Assembly: GCA_045650025.1 (NCBI GenBank)
Contig: JAZRQR010000130.1
Coordinates: 1,202 to 65,201 of the forward strand
DNA from: Eubacteriales bacterium
GTDB lineage: Bacteria > Bacillota > Clostridia > Oscillospirales > CAG-272
Direction: 5' to 3'
Length of the DNA: 64,000 nt
Below the pieces are notes generated by a model. The model was not told the origin of the DNA. It did not search any database and worked only from the letters and a program-made list of their open reading frames with translations. This document shows positions 53,835 to 63,586 of this stretch, piece by piece. Numbering within the stretch: the stretch's first letter is position 1; every line of letters starts with the position of its first letter. A program made the position numbers and the translations under genes.

Positions 53835-55793
53835 TTATCGAAGCGCCTGGATCACGCCCGATCGGTATGCCTCCAGCAACAGCTTAAGATCCTCCATGCG
53901 CTCCAGCAGCAGCTTACCCTCATCGGTATCGCGCACCAGCATGCGTCGGCTCATCATTTCAAACACCACGTCGGTGGTGGCAAGAATGTCCTTATTCTCA
54001 CGAATGGCTGCCGTTCTGCCCTCAAACGAGCCGTGCGCCACCAGGCGAAGCCCCTTGGACGAGAAGATCAGCGTATACCCCGCAATACCCGTGGTATCGT
54101 GGTATGCCTTGCAGAAGCCGCCGTCGATGAGCACGTACTTGCCTCCCGCCTTGATGGGACTCTCACCCTTTCCGGCGCGCACCGGCACGTGACCGTTGAT
54201 GATATGCGACTCGGGCGCATCCAGCCCAAACTCCGAAAGAATGCGACAAACCGAATCATAATCCTCGATCATGCCGTAATAGGGGTTCTTAGGCTCGCGC
54301 CAGGTCTCTCTGTCCGAGATAAAGTAACGCTCAAAGGTGGTCATGCGCGCTCTGCCAAACAGCGGGCTTTGCTTGCCGCACCACAGGTAATACATGAAAT
54401 CGCGAGCCCCCGCATCATTGGTATAGAATGCGCGGCGCGCCATCTTATCGCAATAGTCCATATATCCCTTACCCGACAGCATACCGCCCGTGCTCACGCG
54501 TACCACGTCAAAGCTGCCGTCCCCCCGCATGGGAATGCAGCCGTGGAACAGCAGGTTGCCATTGAAGATCTTGTACAGGCTACCGTGCTCGTACAGGAAC
54601 TGCGCGTGCTTTTGCAGCAGGACGCTATGGCGGAAGGCTCTGCGCAAGGAGCGCATGATCTCTGCCTCCGCATCCGTCAGACGATACGGATCGTCCGGAT
54701 CAACCGTGGGGAAATTGCACTCGTTGAGCGCATAGGTCTGAGTGCCAATGCGTACCGTTTTGTTCTCATAGTCGATCTTATCCAGCAATCGGCGCTCTTC
54801 CATGCCGTATTCGGGATGGCGATCGATCAGCTGACCCTCCAGCTTGAACATGATGACCGCGATCGCCTCGTGCGCACGCGAAAGGTTATCCATACGGTTT
54901 TTGACGTAATACGCGTCGTCCGGATTGCGCGGCAAGAACCAGGTACTGCCCTTGTACGTTTCCTGCGCGTACTCGATCAGGTCACGCAGGCTGATGCCGT
55001 AGGCATTCTCCACCATGGCAAGCGTGTTATACTGCAGCGCAAAGTTGAGCACCGTGGCAATGCAGACCTCGCTGCCCGAGGCAGCGCCCATCCACACAAT
55101 ATCATGGTTGCCCCATTGCACGTCCACGTGATGATGCGCACGCAGCATTTCCAGAATGCGATCGGCGTGCGGTCCGCGGTCGTAAATGTCACCTACTACG
55201 TGCAAGCAATCCACCGCCATGCGCTTGATCAGGCTGCAAAGTGCCTCGATCAGTCCGTCTCCCTCGCCCACCTCAATGATGGTCGAGATAATATGGGTAT
55301 AGTATGCCTGCTTGTCGTGCTCCTCGCCCGAGGTATGCAGCAGCTCATCCACCACGTTACGGAATGCATCCGGCAACGCCTTACGCACCTTAAAGCGCGT
55401 ATATTTGGACGCCACCGAGCGCGCTACGTCCACCAGGCGATACAGCGTGCGGCTGTACCACTCCACCGTGTTCTCGCCGCGCACGCGCAGCTCCTCGATC
55501 TTTTCGGTGGGATAATAGATCAGCGTGCAAAAATCGCGCTGCTCCTGCTCGCTCAGGGCGCTGCCGAAAATGTCGCGCACCTTCTCGCGCACGACGCCCG
55601 AGCAATTATTGAGAATGTGCTCAAACGCTTCGCTCTCGCCGTGCAAATCACTCAAGAAATGCTCGGTGCCCTTGGGAAGATTGGAAACGGCATTGAGCAC
55701 AACGATCTCCGCGCCCACCTCCGGAATGGTGGGAAATTCCTTGGAAAGCAGCTGCAGCAGCTTGATTTGATCCGCGGTGTATTCTCTCTTCAT
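53835..55793 (-). CDS. fbp: Class 3 fructose-1,6-bisphosphatase
   Basis: LLQLLSKEFPT...NLPKGTEHFLSDLHGE...GDIYDRGP is the characteristic FBPase class III sequence. Start at ATG (MKREYTAD) behind GGAGAG. Confidence 0.9.
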   Translation of the reverse strand: MKREYTADQIKLLQLLSKEFPTIPEVGAEIVVLNAVSNLPKGTEHFLSDLHGESEAFEHILNNCSGVVREKVRDIFGSALSEQEQRDFCTLIYYPTEKIEELRVRGENTVEWYSRTLYRLVDVARSVASKYTRFKVRKALPDAFRNVVDELLHTSGEEHDKQAYYTHIISTIIEVGEGDGLIEALCSLIKRMAVDCLHVVGDIYDRGPHADRILEMLRAHHHVDVQWGNHDIVWMGAASGSEVCIATVLNFALQYNTLAMVENAYGISLRDLIEYAQETYKGSTWFLPRNPDDAYYVKNRMDNLSRAHEAIAVIMFKLEGQLIDRHPEYGMEERRLLDKIDYENKTVRIGTQTYALNECNFPTVDPDDPYRLTDAEAEIMRSLRRAFRHSVLLQKHAQFLYEHGSLYKIFNGNLLFHGCIPMRGDGSFDVVRVSTGGMLSGKGYMDYCDKMARRAFYTNDAGARDFMYYLWCGKQSPLFGRARMTTFERYFISDRETWREPKNPYYGMIEDYDSVCRILSEFGLDAPESHIINGHVPVRAGKGESPIKAGGKYVLIDGGFCKAYHDTTGIAGYTLIFSSKGLRLVAHGSFEGRTAAIRENKDILATTDVVFEMMSRRMLVRDTDEGKLLLERMEDLKLLLEAYRSGVIQALR

Positions 55794-55807
55794 GTTTTCT
55801 CTCTCCG

Positions 55808-56692
55808 TTACGTCAATATCGGTACTTGTCTGTCTTGTAAAATGCGCTCCGCACACGCCACCTGCTCCCCTGTGGGGATCCAAGCCGCATTGCCGTTGCC
55901 CGCAAGCCCCAGCGCCAGCGCCTTACTGCCCCCCATGGGATGATAGCGCAAAAGCTGCACGCCCGTGCAGTGCGCAAGAGTAGCATACAGATCGGCAACG
56001 CGCTCCACGTGCCCGGGATCGGTGGTCAAGCCGTTTACCAACAGGCAACGCAGGCGCGTTTGGGCGCCCATGGCATCGATCGCAGCAAGATTTTCTAAGA
56101 TCTGCCCGGGCAAAGCGCCCGTCAGCTCACGGTGCTTCCCTGCATCGGTATGCTTAATATCAAAATAAAATTCGTCCACGTACGGCACGCAAGCTCGGAT
56201 CACCTCCGCGCTGCAAGCGCCCGCCGTTTCCACGATCACGTGCAACCCCTGCGCCTTCAGCAATTGCAAAAGCTCTGCCACACCCTCTGCGCAAAGCGGC
56301 TCGCCGCCCGAAAGCGTGACGCCACCCGTCTTGCCGTAAAACGCTGCATCTGCCATGACCTCGCCTAAAATCTGCTCGGCACTCATATCCTTGCCTACGA
56401 TGCGGCAGGCTTCGGTAAGGCATACCGAAGCGCACTTGCCACAGCCCTGACATAAGGATACCACACGCGTGCGGTCATTTTGTGTCAGAACCTGCGCTCC
56501 CGTGGGGCATGCCGACACACAAGCGCCGCAGCCCGTGCAAAGTGCCCGGTGCAGCATGATCTCCGGCTCTCGCTTTTGCGTTTCGGGGTTATGACACCAC
56601 ACGCAACGCAAGGGGCAGCCCTTGAAAAACACGGTGGTGCGCAGCCCGGGACCGTCGTGCGTGCAAAATCGCTGTATCTCGGCAATCCGCAT
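55808..56692 (-). CDS. Glycyl-radical enzyme activating protein (radical SAM)
   Basis: CPLRCVWCHNPE radical-SAM cluster near the N-terminus plus two ferredoxin-like Cys clusters (CTGCGACVSACP, CQGCGKCASVC). Start at MRIAEIQRF, 2 nt after the GRE stop. Confidence 0.9.
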   Translation of the reverse strand: MRIAEIQRFCTHDGPGLRTTVFFKGCPLRCVWCHNPETQKREPEIMLHRALCTGCGACVSACPTGAQVLTQNDRTRVVSLCQGCGKCASVCLTEACRIVGKDMSAEQILGEVMADAAFYGKTGGVTLSGGEPLCAEGVAELLQLLKAQGLHVIVETAGACSAEVIRACVPYVDEFYFDIKHTDAGKHRELTGALPGQILENLAAIDAMGAQTRLRCLLVNGLTTDPGHVERVADLYATLAHCTGVQLLRYHPMGGSKALALGLAGNGNAAWIPTGEQVACAERILQDRQVPILT

Positions 56693-56694
56693 GC

Positions 56695-58845
56695 TTATTC
56701 CTCCGGCAAATATCCCGCGCGCTCCAGCACCATGCGCTGCCAAGCGTCGTCCAGCGTGACAAATCTGGCGTTCCAGCCCGACACGCGTACCGAAAGCGTT
56801 TTGTACTGCTCAGGATGCTCGCGTGCGTCCAACAGATCCTGCACACTCAGCACGTCCACCTGCATAAAGTATCCACCCAACGCGCAAAAGCCCTGCATAA
56901 GCCCCTCCAGCGCGCAAAGTCCGTTGTCCCCCTCCAGCGTGTCGGGGTACATTTTTATATCCAACGCCGCGCCCGTGGTCATGCGCGCAAGGTTTGCCGC
57001 GCAGTAGGAGCGCACGGTGGCGGTTGCTCCCGCAGTATCCGTGCCCGGTGTCGGCGAGGTGTTGCCCGCCAGAATTTCGCCGCGGCGATACCCGTGCGGC
57101 ATGGCGGTACGGTGGGCGCGCCATTCGATCTGTCGCCCAAAGGTACTGATACCGGGCGGGAATGCAATGGGATAACCATTGGCATACGGTGCACATGCAT
57201 CCGCAAAGGCGTCCACCGCCCAGGAGTAATACGCATCAGCCGCAGCGTCTCCATTGCCGTAATGCGGCAGCTTATGCTTGGCGTACAGCGCCAGCTGCTC
57301 CTGCCCCTGCCAATCGGCACGCAGGATCTCGCAAAGCTCGGCAACCGTCAGCTTCTTTTCGATAAAGCAAAGGTGGTCAATGGCGCACAGCGCGTTTGCC
57401 ACGTCACCCACGCCGCCCATATGGGGCGAGAGGACGCGATAGGGCGTGCCGCCCTCCAGATACCCCCTGCCGCTCTGTGCACAGCCGTGCTCAAGCAGGT
57501 CGATCATGGGCGTGGGCATGGTCAGGCGGAAGGCAGGATTGCCTTCTCGCCATGCGGGGGTAAAGCCATCCAGCACCCCTTGGCAGGTCTGCGCAATAAA
57601 TTCCTTCATGCGTGCAGCGTACGCCGCCTTGATGGCGTCCATGTCGGCAAAGTCCACAAGCTCTCCGCCCGCCACGTGCAGCACGTCCTGCAGAAGCATA
57701 TGCAAAAAGTCCATGGGCATGTATGAAAAATAGGTCTTGCCGGGAATCTGCACTTCCCAGCACCCGTCGTTTGCAAAGTCAAAAATTTCCCTTTCGGGAT
57801 AGCCCTGCGCGCGCAGCGCATCCAGTACGGTTTTCTCGTTGTACACCGCCACGACACCGCCGCCATGCCGCATGACGCGGGCAAGCAGGCGCAGAAACTC
57901 CGCGGGCGTGTGGTCCGAAAGGCGCACCGAGATGGGGAAATCCGAAATTCCCAGCTCCTCCACGATCTCCAGACACAAATAGCTGACCGCGTTTGTCACG
58001 TCAGCCCCTGCAGCATCCGTGCCGCCCAGCACGACGTTCTGATAATGCTGCGCATCTCCCGAGCCGCGCGGGGTATCGATCTCGATCCACTCGCAGCCCT
58101 TGATGAACAAGGACGCCAGCACCTCGCGTGCCTCGTCCATGGTGATCCTACCCTCTGCCAGATCGCGCTCCAGATACGGTCCGAGCAGGCGATCCATGCA
58201 GCCGATCCCGGGCCAGTTCCCACCCAGGCGCAAAAACGCAAAGCCAAACCACAGGCTTTGCACCGCCTCACAAAACGTAAATGCAGGATGCAGCGGCACA
58301 CGCAAAAGCAGCTCGTGCAGCTGCGGGTATTGCTCTTTTGTCGCGTCTAAGTATCTGCCATGCCACACTTGCATGGCGTCCAGCGTGCGCAAAAGCGCCA
58401 CGTGTCGCTCCATGGCAGGCGCATCAAACGCGCTTGTATCGATCTTTTCAATCCGTGCGCGCATGCCAAGAATGCCCTCGCGCAACAAAATGCCGAAATC
58501 CACGGTCAGGTGGCTGACGCTGGGCCAGACGATCTTTCCGTCCCTTGCCACGGGCACCTGATGGCGCACCGCAGCGCCCACGGTTGCCGCACCGCACACG
58601 CGCTCACCCTCGCAAATGCGCAAGGGGCACTCGCGCACCAGCACGTCCAGCGCTGCCGCGTATCGCTCATGCTCGCACATGCCCTCCCAGCCGTCGACAC
58701 AGTCGACGGCTACAAAGGGCACGCTCATGGTCTGCGCACCGTATTTACCTTGTAAGGATTCCATGGCAAAGCGCCGCGTGGCTTCGCAAAGCCGCACGGG
58801 TCTGCCGCCTTTATATGCTGAGGAAAAACGATACGCGCTCATCAT
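56695..58845 (-). CDS. Glycyl radical enzyme (PFL2/eliminase-like clade), substrate unknown
   Basis: C-terminal glycyl radical motif VRVSGWNARF (Gly codon about 56776-56778). Cys loop NDGCWEV (Cys-x-Glu as in dehydratase/lyase-type GREs). 716 aa. Confidence 0.85.
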   Translation of the reverse strand: MMSAYRFSSAYKGGRPVRLCEATRRFAMESLQGKYGAQTMSVPFVAVDCVDGWEGMCEHERYAAALDVLVRECPLRICEGERVCGAATVGAAVRHQVPVARDGKIVWPSVSHLTVDFGILLREGILGMRARIEKIDTSAFDAPAMERHVALLRTLDAMQVWHGRYLDATKEQYPQLHELLLRVPLHPAFTFCEAVQSLWFGFAFLRLGGNWPGIGCMDRLLGPYLERDLAEGRITMDEAREVLASLFIKGCEWIEIDTPRGSGDAQHYQNVVLGGTDAAGADVTNAVSYLCLEIVEELGISDFPISVRLSDHTPAEFLRLLARVMRHGGGVVAVYNEKTVLDALRAQGYPEREIFDFANDGCWEVQIPGKTYFSYMPMDFLHMLLQDVLHVAGGELVDFADMDAIKAAYAARMKEFIAQTCQGVLDGFTPAWREGNPAFRLTMPTPMIDLLEHGCAQSGRGYLEGGTPYRVLSPHMGGVGDVANALCAIDHLCFIEKKLTVAELCEILRADWQGQEQLALYAKHKLPHYGNGDAAADAYYSWAVDAFADACAPYANGYPIAFPPGISTFGRQIEWRAHRTAMPHGYRRGEILAGNTSPTPGTDTAGATATVRSYCAANLARMTTGAALDIKMYPDTLEGDNGLCALEGLMQGFCALGGYFMQVDVLSVQDLLDAREHPEQYKTLSVRVSGWNARFVTLDDAWQRMVLERAGYLPEE

Positions 58846-58863
58846 GATCTCCTTAAAATGAAA

Positions 58864-59280
58864 TTAAATCTTTTTGATCAACTGCTTGATAAACTCCAAA
58901 ACCTCGCCGTCGGGTCCCTTGACAAATGCGATCTGAATGGTGATCTTGCGCGGATGCGAATCAAGATCCATCACCGTCACGGGCATCTGCAGTGTAGCGC
59001 CTGCCGCCAGCGCGGTATTGAGCGCCGCCTCCACGTTTTCCACGTGCAGCGCCAGATGCTGGAATCTGCCCTCTGCGGGCACGTCCATGCCCGGCTTTGC
59101 AAACAGCTCCAGCAGCGAGCCGTCACCCGTGTCCAGCAGCGCAATGCGGTTGTCGCCCTCGCCCCACGCGGTGTACACACTCATGCCAAGCTTCTGATAA
59201 AACGCCAGGGACTTGTCAAAATCCGACGCGTATACGGACAAATGGTGGAATCCCATGCCCTTGATAATTTCGTTTGCCAT
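58864..59280 (-). CDS. VOC (glyoxalase/bleomycin-resistance/dioxygenase) family protein
   Basis: 138 aa. GFHHLSV...FQHLALHVENV paired beta-alpha-beta-beta-beta modules. Confidence 0.85.
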   Translation of the reverse strand: MANEIIKGMGFHHLSVYASDFDKSLAFYQKLGMSVYTAWGEGDNRIALLDTGDGSLLELFAKPGMDVPAEGRFQHLALHVENVEAALNTALAAGATLQMPVTVMDLDSHPRKITIQIAFVKGPDGEVLEFIKQLIKKI

Positions 59281-59291
59281 ATTCCCTCTCC

Positions 59292-60437
59292 TTATTCTTC
59301 AAAGGATGCGTAAACGTCCTGCTCGTAAAGGAAGGACGTCAGCGCGCCCGAGCCACCGTCATATCCCGAATTCTTCATGTAAATTGCGGTGATCTTGTTT
59401 TCGGGATCGCTCCAATAATGCGTGCCGTACGCGCCGCTCCAGCCAAAGCAGCCGATCGGCATCTGATACTCAGCGGTAATAACGCGCACGCCAAGACCCC
59501 ACTGCTGGGGAGGACCCATGATGGCATCGGTGACCTGCACGCTGCCCATCTTCTTGACCGATTCGGGCGAGAGGATGCGCACGCCATTGTACGTGCCGCC
59601 GTGGGTCAGCATTTCGCCAAACTTGACGTAATCGTCCAGCGTTGCCGCCAGACCCGCGCCGCCGCAATACTGGGTGACGGGCACGTTTTCAAAAATCGTT
59701 TCCACCGACTTGGGGACGGCATAGCCGCCCTGCTCCTCGGTGTAGGTATGCATGGCGATCATGCGCTCCTTTTGCTCCTCGTTCATGGCAAAGGTGGTGT
59801 CCTGCATGCCCAGAGGATCCAGCAGGTACTTCTTCAAAAACGCATTGTAATCCATGCCCGACACGATCTCAATGATGCGTGCCACCGCTACAAATGCCAC
59901 AATGGGGCTATACCATTGCGCGGTATAAGGTTCAAATGCGATCATCTTATCGGCAAACCAATCCATCACGCCCTCGGGAGTCTGTGCCTTGTCTGCGGGC
60001 ATCTGTGCCCAGGCAAGATCACCGATCTCCAAGGTGCCGATACCGCTGGTATGCGAGAGCAGATGCTTGATGGTAATGGGAGTCTGCGCGTCCTTATCGT
60101 ACACCGCCTGACCGTTCTCCACGTGACCGATCTTCATGTGCGCGTAAGCGGGAATGTACTTCGCCAGCTCATCGTCGATCGAAAGCAGACCCTGCTCCTC
60201 GGCGATCAGCGCGGCTACTGCCGTAATGGGCTTGGTCATGGAAGCTAAGCGGAACATAGCATCCTTTCGCAAGGGCTCCTTGGTGGTGGCGTTCTGATAG
60301 CCGTAGGTCTTGTGCAAGAGGATCTTGCCATCCTGCACCACGCAAAGTGCCGCGCCGCCTACCTTGCCGCTTGCAATATCAGCATTCACGCGCGCATCGA
60401 CCAGCGCGTTCAATTTTTCTGCATTGAGTTTTCTCAT
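59292..60437 (-). CDS. Beta-lactamase-family serine hydrolase
   Basis: SxxK motif (ASMTKPI). 381 aa. 11-nt gap to the VOC gene. Confidence 0.85.
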   Translation of the reverse strand: MRKLNAEKLNALVDARVNADIASGKVGGAALCVVQDGKILLHKTYGYQNATTKEPLRKDAMFRLASMTKPITAVAALIAEEQGLLSIDDELAKYIPAYAHMKIGHVENGQAVYDKDAQTPITIKHLLSHTSGIGTLEIGDLAWAQMPADKAQTPEGVMDWFADKMIAFEPYTAQWYSPIVAFVAVARIIEIVSGMDYNAFLKKYLLDPLGMQDTTFAMNEEQKERMIAMHTYTEEQGGYAVPKSVETIFENVPVTQYCGGAGLAATLDDYVKFGEMLTHGGTYNGVRILSPESVKKMGSVQVTDAIMGPPQQWGLGVRVITAEYQMPIGCFGWSGAYGTHYWSDPENKITAIYMKNSGYDGGSGALTSFLYEQDVYASFEE

Positions 60438-60519
60438 AATGTTTCCTTTCTGTAGACAAGCAAGGGCTGTCGCACGGGTGCGACAGCCCTTGCGGAACTG
60501 TTTATTTGGAATTTGTAAC

Positions 60520-61953
60520 TTATTCGTCCTTCTCGAACTTGGAGATCAGCTTACTCAGCGTCTTTTTTGCGGAATTTTCCTTCTTCTGATACTGAGACGA
60601 GAAGTTGGTCTTGTTGTCATTTACGCAGGTTTTGAACAGAGGCTCCAGACCGATATTGGAGTAGTACATGCAAAGGTCATAGGTACGGGTCTTGAAGATG
60701 ATGTCCAGCATGCCCTGAGACTCCTCGTCACGTACGCTCTTACGCTGCAGAACGGTATCATAGTAAGCGGGGGTAACTCTCTGCTTGGAGATGATTGCCA
60801 GTGCCTCCAGAGTGGGGCCAAGACGCTCCAGGTTCTTTGCAGCCTTGGAGATAGAGGAGGTGGTGCAAATACCGTTGGTCCAGGTGATGTAATCTTCCTG
60901 TGCGGCATTGTACTTCGGAACGGGCAGTACGCCGAAATCCTTTTCCATTTCCTTACCCAGAGATACGATGTACATAACAACCTCGCTGTAGAACAGACCT
61001 CTGCCGCCTACGAATACGCCCTTACCAAGGTCTTCCTTGCCGGGAGGCGAGGAATAGGTGGAGTTGTTGACGTAGAAAATTGCCAGAACCTTATCAAGCA
61101 GGTCGGTTGCCTTCTGCATACCGGATGCATCCAACGCCAGGTAGGGATCGCTACCCTCTTCACATACAATGTAACGCAGACCTGCGCCGAAGAAGAAGGT
61201 GGAGCCGGTCTCCCAGGTGGATACGAAGCCGTAGGTATCATCCTCGGTCATCTTACCGTCACCGCTGGAGTCGTAGGATACGTCCTTGATCAAAGACTGG
61301 AAGTTATCCAGAGTCCATTCATTGTTGTATACCATTTCATAAGGATCGATGTCCTCATCCTTTGCCATTTCCTTGTTAAACAGCAGAACGTAGGTCGTGC
61401 CCTCATCGGAGTAGTTGATCGAGCCGTTCATGAAGTAGATCTTATCCGAGATCATGAAGTTTGCAGTGCCCTGGTCCCACCATTCCGCGGACAGATCCAT
61501 GCCCTCCAGCGTGGTAAAGCTGATCAGCGTACCCTCGGAAGCAAGGTTTGCGGTATGTACCATGTGGTTCTGCAGCAGGGTATATTCACCCGTACCGGAC
61601 TGCACGTCCTTCTTGATCGCGCCGTTCATCTCGGAGGTTACCGTGGGGATAATGTTGAGCTTGAGATTGCAGAATTCCTCAAATGCCAGATTACGCTGGT
61701 AAACGGCATCCTCCAGAACCTCGGTTCTGTTCTCGGTATACCATTCGTCATAGTGGAAATCTTCTCTTGCCAGTACGTTAAAGTCCTCTTGGTTCCAGTC
61801 AACGCTAATCTGCGCCAGCGCCTCGGCAGCCGCGTCGGTCTCAGACTCAAGCTGCTGCAGCGTTTCATCTTCTTCCTTTTCCGTGTCAGCACATGCCACA
61901 AAAAGGGACAGAAGCATCAGCGCGGTCAGGAATAAGCACAAATACTTTTTCAT
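60520..61953 (-). CDS. Extracellular solute-binding lipoprotein (ABC-type, large family)
   Basis: Lipobox LFVAC, acidic linker, 477 aa. Paralogue of 62083-63522. Confidence 0.7.
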   Translation of the reverse strand: MKKYLCLFLTALMLLSLFVACADTEKEEDETLQQLESETDAAAEALAQISVDWNQEDFNVLAREDFHYDEWYTENRTEVLEDAVYQRNLAFEEFCNLKLNIIPTVTSEMNGAIKKDVQSGTGEYTLLQNHMVHTANLASEGTLISFTTLEGMDLSAEWWDQGTANFMISDKIYFMNGSINYSDEGTTYVLLFNKEMAKDEDIDPYEMVYNNEWTLDNFQSLIKDVSYDSSGDGKMTEDDTYGFVSTWETGSTFFFGAGLRYIVCEEGSDPYLALDASGMQKATDLLDKVLAIFYVNNSTYSSPPGKEDLGKGVFVGGRGLFYSEVVMYIVSLGKEMEKDFGVLPVPKYNAAQEDYITWTNGICTTSSISKAAKNLERLGPTLEALAIISKQRVTPAYYDTVLQRKSVRDEESQGMLDIIFKTRTYDLCMYYSNIGLEPLFKTCVNDNKTNFSSQYQKKENSAKKTLSKLISKFEKDE

Positions 61954-62082
61954 GTTGTTTCTCCTTCAAATATTTACAGGCATACACCTTATTATACATT
62001 ATACAATACAAGCCAAGATTTGTCAATCGGCATTTATACAAGAAATCCGCTGAATTTTTCAGCGGATTTCATAATTTCAAGG

Positions 62083-63522
62083 TCAGTCGTCCTCTGCAAA
62101 CTTTTTCAAAAGCGACTCCAGCTTGTATTCTGCCTTAGAGGCTTTCTTGTTATAATTGGACGCAAAGTTGGTCTTGTTATCATTGACCGATTCCTTGAAC
62201 AAGGGTTCCAAGCCAAGATCATAATAAATGCTCATGTCGTAGCAGCGAGTCTTGAAGATGATATCCAGCATGCCCTGCGATTCCTCGTCGCGTACGCTCT
62301 TGCGCTGCAGCACGGTATCGTAGAACGCCGGCGTTACTCTCTGCTGCGATAGGATCGCCATGATCTCCAACGTCTGTCCCAGCTTATCCGTATCCTGCGC
62401 GGACACGGGAATCGAGGTAGTCGAGCAAATGGCATTGGTCCAGGTGATGTATTCCTTTTGTGCACTATCGTACTTGGGAATGGGCAACACGCCGAAATCC
62501 CCCTCCATGCTCTTGCCGAGTGCCACGATATACATGACGACCTCGGTATAGAACAGTCCACGATTTTCGCGGAACGCATCCATGCCCTTTTTCTCCGCGC
62601 CCTCCTCGGTACCGGGCACATAGGTGGCGTGATTGACGTAATAGAAATCCAGCACCTTATCAAGCAGATCACTTGCCTTGTTCATGCCGCTCGTATCCAG
62701 CGCAAGGTACGGATCCTTGCCCTGCTCGCACTCCACAAATTTCAGCCCCGAACCAAAAAAGAAGGTGTTACCGGTTTCCCAGGTCACGATAAAGCCGTAG
62801 GTATCGTTTTCGTCGTATTTACCGTCACCCGAGCTGTCATAAGACACGTCACGAATCAGGCTGCCGAAGGTATCCAAGGTCCACTCATTATTGTAGACCA
62901 GCGCATACGGGTCAATGCTCTTGTCCTTGGCGAGCTGCTTGTTGAACATCATGACGTAAGTTGTGCGCTCGTCGGACACGTTGATTGCGCTGTTCATAAA
63001 ATACACCTTATCTGCAATGACAAAGCTTGCCGTCCCCGCATCCCACCAAGGTGCGGACAGATCAACGCCATCCAGCGCGGTAAAGCTGATCAGCTGCCCG
63101 TCGGACGCCAGCTTAGCAGTCTGCGCCATGTGATGATGCACCACGTGGTATTCGCCCGTGCCGCTCTTGATGTCCGCCTTAACCATGTCCGAAAGCTCGT
63201 CGGTGGCAGCACCCACGCAGTTCAGCGTCAGCTTGCAGGTCTCCTCCAGCGCCAGATTACGCCCATATACGGCGCTCTCCAGCACGTCGGAGCTTTGCGT
63301 AGCAATCAAGTCCTCGGCAAACTGATCGCTACGCCCCAGAATCACCAGCTCCTCGCCCTCCCAGTCCACGCTCAGCGCGGCAAGTGCCGAAGAGATCTCG
63401 TCGGTTTCACCCTCGGTAATCTGCTGCGTGGAATCTTCTGCAGGCGCCTCGACGCTTGCACAGCCCGCCATCAGCGAGAGCAAAAACACCATCAACAAAC
63501 AGATGCATACGTACTTCTTCAT
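62083..63522 (-). CDS. Extracellular solute-binding lipoprotein (paralogue)
   Basis: Lipobox LMAGC. 479 aa, colinear with 60520-61953, including identical blocks such as QRVTPA.YDTVLQRKSVRDEESQGMLDIIFKTR. Confidence 0.7.
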   Translation of the reverse strand: MKKYVCICLLMVFLLSLMAGCASVEAPAEDSTQQITEGETDEISSALAALSVDWEGEELVILGRSDQFAEDLIATQSSDVLESAVYGRNLALEETCKLTLNCVGAATDELSDMVKADIKSGTGEYHVVHHHMAQTAKLASDGQLISFTALDGVDLSAPWWDAGTASFVIADKVYFMNSAINVSDERTTYVMMFNKQLAKDKSIDPYALVYNNEWTLDTFGSLIRDVSYDSSGDGKYDENDTYGFIVTWETGNTFFFGSGLKFVECEQGKDPYLALDTSGMNKASDLLDKVLDFYYVNHATYVPGTEEGAEKKGMDAFRENRGLFYTEVVMYIVALGKSMEGDFGVLPIPKYDSAQKEYITWTNAICSTTSIPVSAQDTDKLGQTLEIMAILSQQRVTPAFYDTVLQRKSVRDEESQGMLDIIFKTRCYDMSIYYDLGLEPLFKESVNDNKTNFASNYNKKASKAEYKLESLLKKFAEDD

Positions 63523-63586
63523 GTCAGCTTCTCCTTAAACAGATACTTTGGTAATGCGTCGTGTGCGTTGGAAAAATGGATATCGG

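Noticed and set aside
52308-55943. 1211-aa ORF on the + strand, the longest in the track
   Set aside because: It lies entirely antisense to three recognisable minus-strand genes (antiporter, class-3 FBPase, GRE activase). Its translation is low-complexity and rich in Arg/His/Gln/Ala with no motif. This is a typical shadow ORF of high-GC coding DNA.
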